Of a DNA stretch of 64,000 bases, positions 56,232 through 64,000 are shown one piece after another. The DNA comes from Thraustochytrium aureum (taxonomy: Eukaryota). A model generated the notes under the pieces. The model was given only the letters and a program-made list of their open reading frames with translations. It ran no database searches and was not told where the DNA came from. The translations under genes and the position numbers were made by a program. The stretch lies in the NCBI GenBank assembly GCA_012862495.1, contig BLSG01000084.1:72526-136525 (forward strand), given 5' to 3'. Positions within the stretch are counted from its first letter, which is position 1; each line of letters begins with the position of its first letter.

Positions 56232-56337
56232 CATTCACTCATTCATGCATTCATTTCATTCATTCATTCATGCATTCATGCATGCATTCATTCATTCATG
56301 CATGCATTCATCATTCAGCATTCATGCATTCATTCCT
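56232..56337. repeat. (CATT)n/(CATG)n compound microsatellite
   Basis: cattcactcattcatgcattcatttcattcattcattcatgcattcatgcatgcattc... Confidence 0.9.
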
Positions 56338-57117
56338 TCCTTTTTGCTGCTTCTTTTCTTCTTCATTTCCTCCCATCAGGAGGAGGGAAAAGGGGTGGGT
56401 GACACCGACGAGCAAGATGGCATTGAGGAAAGAAAGAAGGGGGAGGGAAAGAGGGTGGAGGAGGCGGCAGCGCCCGTGCAACCAACAAGAACGCGACACA
56501 AACAAAAGACCAGGAGCGCCGCCAGCAATGGCAACGCATCCATTTCTGCATACCAAAACAACCGAGCCAAGAGAAACAAAGCACCGGCAAACGAAAAGTA
56601 CAAAACCCGAGCGGCACATCGATCGCCCCGTACGCAGGGTCACGGGCATTGTATCGCTGAGCTCCAGACTCCTCTAGCTCTTGCTTGCTCTTGCTCATCC
56701 GACACACAGCGCTGGCTGGCAAGCAGTCCCGAAACGCGCCACTGAGCCGTGCCACACTTGCGCTTCTCGCGTTCTTGGCCTCTGGCGTCGCGCGCGCGAG
56801 GGGACAGAGGAGGACGCGGTGCCAGCTCGAGCAGNNNNNNNNNNNNNNNNNNNNNNNNNNNNNNNNNNNNNNNNNNNNNNNNNNNNNNNNNNNNNNNNNN
56901 NNNNNNNNNNNNNNNNNNNNNNNNNNNNNNNNNNNNNNNNNNNNNNNNNNNNNNNNNNNNNNNNNNNNNNNNNNNNNNNNNNNNNNNNNNNNNNNNNNNN
57001 NNNNNNNNNNNNNNNNNNNNNNNNNNNNNNNNNNNNNNNNNNNNNNNNNNNNNNNNNNNNNNNNNNNNNNNNNNNNNNNNNNNNNNNNNNTTGAAAGACA
57101 AAGAGCGAGGGAGAGGG

Positions 57118-58089
57118 ATGATGGCTGCGAGACTCGAGGTCGACGGGCAGGCGCCCGGGAGCTGCAACAGCAGCGACGCAGGCTCCGTCCTCGGCCACGC
57201 GAACCCGACCAACCTGGGCGAAAGGAAAATGCGCAAGCGGTCCAGCAAGGAGATCGGGCGCGCAGGCGAGCCCGCCGCGCGCAAGGCCAAGCGGTCAAAG
57301 AGCTCGTCAAGGTTCCGCGGCGTGAGCTGGTTCAAGGCCAACAACGTCTGGAAGGCGCAGATCACCGTCAAGGGCAACTACAAGTTCCTCGGGTACTTTG
57401 AGCGCGAGGAGGAGGCCGCCTGGGCCTACGACCTGCGCGCCCTCCAGATGCACGGCCAAGACGCCCAGCTCAACTTTTCGGACCGCCTCGAAGAGCTCAG
57501 GGCTGCCGTCGCCTCCGGCGAACAGCCAGCCGGCAAAGCCAAGCCGCAGGCCAAGCGCCGCTCGGCGCTCGCTCCCGTAGCTCCCACCACCCCGACCTTC
57601 CGCAACGTGCAGACGCACGAGTGCCCTCCNGTTTTCAGGCAAGACCAGGAGATTGCCGCCGCCTCCCCCACTGTATTGGCATCCCTGGCTCAGGCGCTGC
57701 AGGCTGTTCCAGGCTGCGGGTTCCAGGCGTCGAAAGGGCCTCTGCATCAGCAGCCGAGCAAGGCCGACCTGCTGCAGCAGCTCCACGAGAGCATGCTGCG
57801 CGAGAGGCAGATCGTCAACGCCTTCGTCATGTCGCAGTACCTGCAGGCCAACAGCGCCGCGCTTCCGATGGACGCTGCCAGCTTCTCTTCTTCCTATTCA
57901 CAGCCTCGCGTGCCACAGCCAGCGCCGCAGCTCCACCTCCTCCAGCGCCTGCAGCGGCCGACGTCTCCACTTTTCAGCGCTCTCGCGCAGCCCGGGCCCC
58001 TGCGCCTCGGGGAAGGAGCGTTGACCGCGCAGACACTCGCGCTCCTCGCGCGAGGCGCGGCCGCCGGGGCTTGGGCGACCTCGTCCTGA
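57118..58089 (+). CDS. AP2/ERF-domain transcription factor
   Basis: SSRFRGVSWFKANNVWKAQITVKGNYKFLGYFEREEEAAWAYDLRALQMHGQDAQLNF; basic NLS-like segment before the domain and Q/P-rich tail after it. Confidence 0.92.
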   Translation: MMAARLEVDGQAPGSCNSSDAGSVLGHANPTNLGERKMRKRSSKEIGRAGEPAARKAKRSKSSSRFRGVSWFKANNVWKAQITVKGNYKFLGYFEREEEAAWAYDLRALQMHGQDAQLNFSDRLEELRAAVASGEQPAGKAKPQAKRRSALAPVAPTTPTFRNVQTHECPXVFRQDQEIAAASPTVLASLAQALQAVPGCGFQASKGPLHQQPSKADLLQQLHESMLRERQIVNAFVMSQYLQANSAALPMDAASFSSSYSQPRVPQPAPQLHLLQRLQRPTSPLFSALAQPGPLRLGEGALTAQTLALLARGAAAGAWATSS

Positions 58090-58420
58090 CGCACAAATCG
58101 CCCAGCCTGACCTTGCTAGATGTAGAACAAACGAACATGACGACCCTCCTCAGCTGCTGCGCCAGCGAGCCGCCCTGGATGTCGCCCAGCCAGGAGGACC
58201 GACACCAAGCTCCGTTCGCGGGTCGGCGGCCGACCCCGGACTCGCGGCGATTGCGAAAAAAAACGCGGCCGACGCCACATCAGCGACGACGCCATCTGTC
58301 GTCGGCTGCGGCTCGGGCAATCCAGTACTCGCGAATTCGCATGTGCGTTCTGAACTGATTCACCTCTCTGCGCGAGGCAGAAGCCGCGTGCGGACGAGAG
58401 CCCAGACCAGTCCCTGTACG

Positions 58421-59014
58421 ATGGCGAAGAGCCCGACGAATCAAGGAGGCCCACCGATGCTGACACGAGCGTTTGTTTGTCTGCGGACCAAAAGCAACTG
58501 GCCGAGCCCGCCGCAGTCCGGCCGCGAACACGAAAACTTTTCAAAGGCAGGCCTTGCCGGTAGCGACACNNNNNNNNNNNNNNNNNNNNNNNNNNNNNNN
58601 NNNNNNNNNNNNNNNNNNNNNNNNNNNNNNNNNNNNNNNNNNNNNNNNNNNNNNNNNNNNNNNNNNNNNNNNNNNNNNNNNNNNNNNNNNNNNNNNNNNN
58701 NNNNNNNNNNNNNNNNNNNNNNNNNNNNNNNNNNNNNNNNNNNNNNNNNNNNNNNNNNNNNNNNNNNNNNNNNNNNNNNNNNNNNNNNNNNNNNNNNNNN
58801 NNNNNNNNNNNNNNNNNNNNNNNNNNNNNNNNNNNNNNNNNNNNNNNNNNNNNNNNNNNNGTGCCGCATGCCGAAGCGGAAGCTTCGGTATGTAGCCGCC
58901 TTCTCATTGATCGTCGAGACTACGCTTGATGTACTCCATTTGGTTGGGATCTTACTCTGCGCGACGCTAAAAGACCGGAGGCGCGACCTCGAAAGCAAAG
59001 AAAAGAAAAGGTGA
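58421..59014 (+). CDS. Possible small hypothetical membrane protein spanning a gap
   Basis: C-terminal hydrophobic stretch YVAAFSLIVETTLDVLHLVGILLCATL followed by a basic tail; middle part missing. Confidence 0.25.
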   Translation: MAKSPTNQGGPPMLTRAFVCLRTKSNWPSPPQSGREHENFSKAGLAGSDXXXXXXXXXXXXXXXXXXXXXXXXXXXXXXXXXXXXXXXXXXXXXXXXXXXXXXXXXXXXXXXXXXXXXXXXXXXXXXXXXXXXXXXXXXXXXXXXXXCRMPKRKLRYVAAFSLIVETTLDVLHLVGILLCATLKDRRRDLESKEKKR

Positions 59015-59035
59015 AAGAAACAAAAGCTGGCCAAC

Positions 59036-61580
59036 CTAGGTCAGATCAAGAACGTGCTCCCCCCCGGGTTTGTCGTCGGAACTGCTTCTGCTCACAAATC
59101 GAGATTTTGGGGTCTCATCGTTGGCAGGAGCAGACTTGTCACCGACTTTCTTCAGCGAAGCATTCGCGATGGCAATCAGCACGAAGCAAAGACGAACTTG
59201 GATGATGTACAAAGCCGTGACGCTGACGGGAATAAAGAGCCGCATGGCCGAGTCCCAGTTCGTGTCGTGGACCCACCTGAAGAGCTCCATGTCGTCGCCG
59301 AGGTCAGCGTTGGTGTACCAGACCATACTGGCGATGTAGATTCCTGTCTTCGAAACAAAGGTGTACACGGCCGAAAGCACAAACTCTCGGTAAACGCTCT
59401 TCGGAGGCGCGCCGAACCTCTTGCGGATGAGTGCGATGTACATAGGCTGCTCCGTTGATGCAGTAAACGCAAGGATCACACCAATCTGAAGAAACGCGGC
59501 GTTGAGGGTCTTGAAAGTCGCCATGTACATAACAGAGATGATGACGAGCGTGAGGATGTGGTGTGCGACCAGCCACGCGTCGATCTTGACCTTCGCGAAA
59601 AGCTCAAACACCATGACGAACCCGACGACGAAACCCGAAAAGGCCACGGTTGCAGCAGTGCGGGAATTTTGCGTCATCCCATTTTCTTGGTTCACTTCGA
59701 CAAGCGTGCCCTCGGTGAAAAGCTCCACAATGCCGACGACCGAGAATACGAATGAAACAGTCAAGAACGCTGTGCTGACGATGTAAACCAGCACGTTTCT
59801 GCGGTTCACGGTCCCCATCCCTCGAAAGGTCTTTGAAGTCGCCGTGAGGAATGCCTCAGCGAGCCGCATAGTCACAAACATTGCCACAAGTAGAACAACG
59901 TGAGGGATCGTCCACGAGAGCAGATCAGTCGGGTCGGCCATGCCTTTGTACGTGATGATGTAGCAGATCTCGTCCTTGCGAGACAGCGGTTTGAATTGCT
60001 CTGCGGGCTGCACCTCAATGAAATTCTCCAGCGGGGCAAGGTCAAAGTTTTTGTCAGCCTGGGCAGAGTCAACGTCAGGGCCACAGTACCCGAATCCTGG
60101 TTTGCTGAGGGAGCGTGAGCAAGCAGCCACCGCCGGCTTTGGATACACCGCCAGAACAGCGAGGCACATCTCATCTTGGGGTGGTAAAGCCGCCTTGCAC
60201 GAGGCTTGCGCCATTGTTTTCGTACTCACACTCAAGGACGAGCCTGTCTCCGGGCAAGATCCGCCGAGCTAGCCTCTGAAGACTCTGCTTGTTGAAATCG
60301 TACTTGTCCACCTCGGCGAGGTGCTTGAGTTCTTGCCCATCGCGGACGTGCCGCAGGCGAATGATCGTCGCCGTCAGGTGCGCGTGCAAAACCACTCCAA
60401 CCACCTGCACGCCGCCTTCCGCGAGCTTGCTTGTGCACTCAGCAGGGCAGTCCGTAACAGCCTTCGCGACACTCTCCGCTGGGATCTCGATGCCTCCGTG
60501 TGGCACCGCGACCTGAAGGAAGCCGTACTCATGGACAGGCTTATTGGACTGCAGGAAAAGGCGGAATGTAAACGTGGCCTTGACGCCTTGCTCACGGTGT
60601 ATGTTTTCGTAGTGTGTGGAGATGACAAACTTGTTCTTGCAGTCTTCTCCGTTCTCGTCACACCCGATCCGGTTGCCGACGTTTTGCGGCAACTCCGCGT
60701 ACCCAAGGCCGACCGCCCAGCTCACGACGAATCGGCAGCCTGAGTACACGCCGTAGCAGTCACTCGTCACAGTCTCCATCGCTTCAAAGGTGTCCGAGTC
60801 GCACTCGTACAGATGAGCTTGGTGAATGCGCGGATCGGTCTCTGAGAGTCCCTTGAAGGCGTTGAAGTACACTGGGCTGGCCCCGAGCTGGTCTTCCATG
60901 TCTACCTTAAAGCACGTGTATGAGGAAGACTCCGCGGACGGCACCTCAAAGTCGAACGACTCGAGGCTGATGTCGAGGGCGTGCTGTTGGTTAGTTCCCT
61001 CTGCAATACGTGTGGCGTTCAATGTTGTTGTGTTCCACAAAACGTCAGCCGACGGCTCCTGCTTGTCCAGTTCTTGAAAGAAGAGGGAAACGACCAGGCT
61101 GCCTCGACTCGAGTGGTACTCAAGATCGTCCGAGCTGCCAATCGCCCAAATGATGTACGAGGGCTCCATGGGAATGTCAAAGTCGTCGTCGTCGCAAGTG
61201 ATGATTTTTCGCTTGAAGTGAACGCTCGTGTGCGTGGTGTTGCGCTCTGCAGCGAGGAGGATAAAGTGGTTGTGCTTGTCTTCTTTCGGTTGGGCGAACT
61301 CGCGCGAGAAATGGTCGGAGACCTGGAAGGCGCCTTCCGCCCCCTTACGAACGATCGCAATGTCGGCAGATGTCATCGATCCGGTGGGCGAGATCCCCAG
61401 GCCGATGTAGCCAACCGTTTCCGCGACAACCCCGAACTGGATCTCTTGCTTGTGGTTGTCGATTGTCCATCGCAATTCTACGAACGGCTTTGCAGACAAA
61501 AGACGCTTGTTCTCGAGCACGAGCGCTTCTGCCTGCATCAGCAGAAAGAGCCCGAAGGCCGTCAGCAGTAACTTGATCAT
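59036..61580 (-). CDS. DOMON + copper type II ascorbate-dependent monooxygenase (DBH/MOXD1-like) fused to a C-terminal TLC-like multi-pass membrane domain; frameshift near 60180
   Basis: Signal peptide, DOMON (GYIGLGISPTGSMTSADI..YH), WAVG, STHYEN, LHAHL, YDFNKQ, ILPGDRLVLECEY and QDEMC; then about 6-7 TMs with FELF..WLVAHHILT and ASTEQPMYIAL. Confidence 0.85.
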
Positions 61581-62423
61581 GTCTGCGTCTCCTTCCACCC
61601 TGTGTTCGTGTGCCGCCGCCGAGCGCGCTGCCGAGTGTCCCTCTTTTGCTTGGACCAGCCCACCACGCTGGCCGCTCACCGTCGTTCTCCTCGCTTTCTG
61701 CTTGGCTTGTTTTCAGTGACTGGCGCNNNNNNNNNNNNNNNNNNNNNNNNNNNNNNNNNNNNNNNNNNNNNNNNNNNNNNNNNNNNNNNNNNNNNNNNNN
61801 NNNNNNNNNNNNNNNNNNNNNNNNNNNNNNNNNNNNNNNNNNNNNNNNNNNNNNNNNNNNNNNNNNNNNNNNNNNNNNNNNNNNNNNNNNNNNNNNNNNN
61901 NNNNNNNNNNNNNNNNNNNNNNNNNNNNNNNNNNNNNNNNNNNNNNNNNNNNNNNNNNNNNNNNNNNNNNNNNNNNNNNNNNNNNNNNNNNNNNNNNNNN
62001 NNNNNNNNNNNNNNNNNNNNNNNNNNNNNNNNNNNNNNNNNNNNNNNNNNNNNNNNNNNNNNNNNNNNNNNNNNNNNNNNNNNNNNNNNNNNNNNNNNNN
62101 NNNNNNNNNNNNNNNNNNNNNNNNNNNNNNNNNNNNNNNNNNNNNNNNNNNNNNNNNNNNNNNNNNNNNNAGCCCGCGCAACGGTCCCTGGGAGAGCAGC
62201 CGGTTGCTTGCTTGCTCACACTGCGGTCTGGCGTCGCTCTGAGCCTGGTCCGCTCTGTCGGTCGCCAGACGCCCGCTTGCTGCTTGCGAAGCGGGTTTGC
62301 AGGGCCGCGGTCGGATCCTACCGCGCGGCAGTTATTTGCCTTCGGGAGGGTGCTGCCCAGTGGGGCGTCGCATCTCCAGGCGGTAATCGTCACCGACATG
62401 CCGTGCCTCGGCAGGAAAACTAA

Positions 62424-62532
62424 GTTCGCTCATACTCGAGCAACAGCGATTTCACAGCGATTTGGGACTCGAGCAACAGCGATTTCACAGCGATTTGGGG
62501 GTTCGTTCATACTCGAGCAACAGCGACTTGGG
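62424..62532. repeat. 33-bp tandem duplication plus a partial third copy
   Basis: actcgagcaacagcgatttcacagcgatttggg at 62434 and 62467; gttcgYtcatactcgagcaacagcga at 62424 and 62501. Confidence 0.85.
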
Positions 62533-62605
62533 GTGGGGGGGCGCCGCGGATGCCAACAGAAGCTTTCCCTCATTTACCACTCGCCTACTCTGCTATACTT
62601 ACTCA

Positions 62606-64000
62606 TCACTCCTCCTCGTCGTCGTCGCCGTCGTCGTCCTGGTTGCTGTTGAAGGAGCGCAAAAAGTTGCCGCCCTCGCGCGCCACCGTGGTGTCGTCCG
62701 CGTCGATCGTGGTGCAGTTGGTGATGGCGAACAGGAGCTTGTCGTGGCAAATCTCCTTCGAGGTGTACATGGGAAGGTCGATCGAGAAGAAACACGTGTG
62801 GCCCACCGGCAGGTAGTCGTCCGAGGGCGTCTTGTTGTACTTGTTGATCTTGTGCTTGCGCTCCCAATCCGCCGTGCTCGAAGGGAGCCGGCTCCTGCCC
62901 CAAACAAACCGCAGGTAGCGCTGGCGCTCCTCCTGCGCAAACTCCCCCATGACCTGCCAGAACAGCTGTACAGAGGGCGTGTTCTCCGACACGCCCTCGC
63001 CGTAGATCGTGTTGAGCTTCAGGATCCCAATGTCCACCTCGGGCGGCCCGCAAACCATGAGCTCCAGCTCGTCTGCGCAAAAGATCGACAGCAAGTTGCG
63101 CGGCACCTGCGTGCCCATCCCACGCGCGATGGCCGCGCACTGCCGGTCCAGCTCGTGCAGCCGCGCGCGCTCTATCGCTCGCAGATAGTCGTCCCGCCGC
63201 GCCAACGTGACCGGCGTGCTGTTGCCGCCCGGCACGAGCTCCACATACCGCCCGTCCGATCCCTTCATCGTGAACTTGAGGTCTGCGCGCGCTAGCGACT
63301 CGTCGTCCTCCAGCTCGCGCACGGCGGCATAGCCGCGGTAAAAGTCCTCGTCGAAGCGCCTGATGTCGTGGATCGACACGTGGTCGTTGCAGAGCTGCTT
63401 CCACACAAAGGCGGGCAAGTCCAGCACGAAAGGGTTCTTGGTTCGCATCGCGATACCCATCAGCTTGCCCACAAACTCAAACATGCACAAGTTGACGTGC
63501 GAGGTCGCCGAGGCGCTCGGCACCCACTTGCCGCGGTCCGCCCCTTCGTTGGCCACCTGGTTCGGGCACGGAAGGAACAGAGGCAGCGACGGCGTCAGTA
63601 GCTCCTGGCATGCTTGGTTGAACACGTCCCGGTACGGCCCACCATAGTCGTCCGCGCGCTCGCCCGCAAGGATCGTGTACCAGGCCCTGTGCGAGTTGCG
63701 CAGAAGGCTCGCGTCCTTGACCGCCGCCGTGGGGGCAAGCAACGAGTTCTTGCCTAGCTTCTCCTCCGCGCCGCTCCCGTGCAGCTGCGAAAACAGCTGC
63801 CCAAACACCGTTTTCGTTCCCTTGGTGTCCGGCCGACCCAGCTTGAGGAACTGCGCGGCCATGTTGCGGTCCAGCGTCACCGTCGGCGTCTTGTTCTGCT
63901 GCATCCAGTGGTCGTCCCCGCTGTGCGAGTCCGCAAGCACGCGCTCGAAGAGGGCCTTCTTCACGGAGCTCATCACCACACCGCGAACCGCACGCAACGC
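62606..64000 (-). CDS. HECT-type E3 ubiquitin ligase (HERC-like), C-terminal part; runs off the window
   Basis: GERADDYGGPYRD, FEFVGKLMGIAMR, VELVPGG, ELELMVCG, YLRFVWGRSRLP and catalytic LPVGHTCFFSIDLP. Confidence 0.95.
   Translation of the reverse strand, partial: ALRAVRGVVMSSVKKALFERVLADSHSGDDHWMQQNKTPTVTLDRNMAAQFLKLGRPDTKGTKTVFGQLFSQLHGSGAEEKLGKNSLLAPTAAVKDASLLRNSHRAWYTILAGERADDYGGPYRDVFNQACQELLTPSLPLFLPCPNQVANEGADRGKWVPSASATSHVNLCMFEFVGKLMGIAMRTKNPFVLDLPAFVWKQLCNDHVSIHDIRRFDEDFYRGYAAVRELEDDESLARADLKFTMKGSDGRYVELVPGGNSTPVTLARRDDYLRAIERARLHELDRQCAAIARGMGTQVPRNLLSIFCADELELMVCGPPEVDIGILKLNTIYGEGVSENTPSVQLFWQVMGEFAQEERQRYLRFVWGRSRLPSSTADWERKHKINKYNKTPSDDYLPVGHTCFFSIDLPMYTSKEICHDKLLFAITNCTTIDADDTTVAREGGNFLRSFNSNQDDDGDDDEEE

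Noticed and set aside
57118..58089. AP2 domain as part of an HNH-AP2 homing endonuclease or mobile element
   Set aside because: No HNH or integrase domain; the flanking Q/P-rich region fits an ordinary transcription factor.
4640..60190. Programmed frameshifting, RNA editing or mass pseudogenisation, suggested by 1-nt frame breaks in many genes (~4650, ~7183, ~23335, ~23780, ~34127, ~40825, ~43975-44520, ~49030, ~60180)
   Set aside because: The breaks I could resolve sit in short G/C homopolymers, go in both directions, and hit otherwise well-conserved genes in a gappy draft assembly. Sequencing indel error is the simplest explanation; read mapping would confirm.

Overview
GC-rich, intron-poor eukaryotic genomic scaffold with many N gaps, GT-AG introns with CTGAC-like branch points, and abundant microsatellites. 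The gene style suggests a stramenopile protist, probably a thraustochytrid/labyrinthulomycete (inference, not verified). About 30 protein genes are visible: a CCCH zinc-finger protein, mitochondrial cytochrome c peroxidase, mitochondrial bL20, a Set7-like SET protein, an EF-hand/RGS chimera, a divergent ribosomal P2, a PhoD phosphatase, a WASP-like actin nucleation factor, eIF3e head-to-head with RPL22, an old yellow enzyme, a ~1750-aa TIR/HET-like+TPR protein next to a TPR-less paralogue, an AGC kinase, a kinesin-3-like motor, a UVSSA-like protein, an AP2 factor, a DBH-like copper monooxygenase fused to a TLC-like membrane domain, and a HECT E3 ligase. Many genes carry single-base frameshifts at short G/C runs, most likely assembly errors. 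The most striking observations are: (1) the second RPL22 intron folds into a ~480-nt multi-helix RNA structure rich in G-U pairs and contains a cryptic frame-breaking cassette exon whose 5' splice site is base-paired (candidate autoregulatory splicing switch); (2) an RGS domain is inserted between EF-hands 3 and 4 of a calcineurin-B-like protein; (3) the TIR/HET-like paralogue pair; (4) a full WH1-GBD-proline-VCA WASP with a degenerate CRIB motif; (5) the monooxygenase-TLC fusion. All family assignments are from motif recognition by eye, without database searches.
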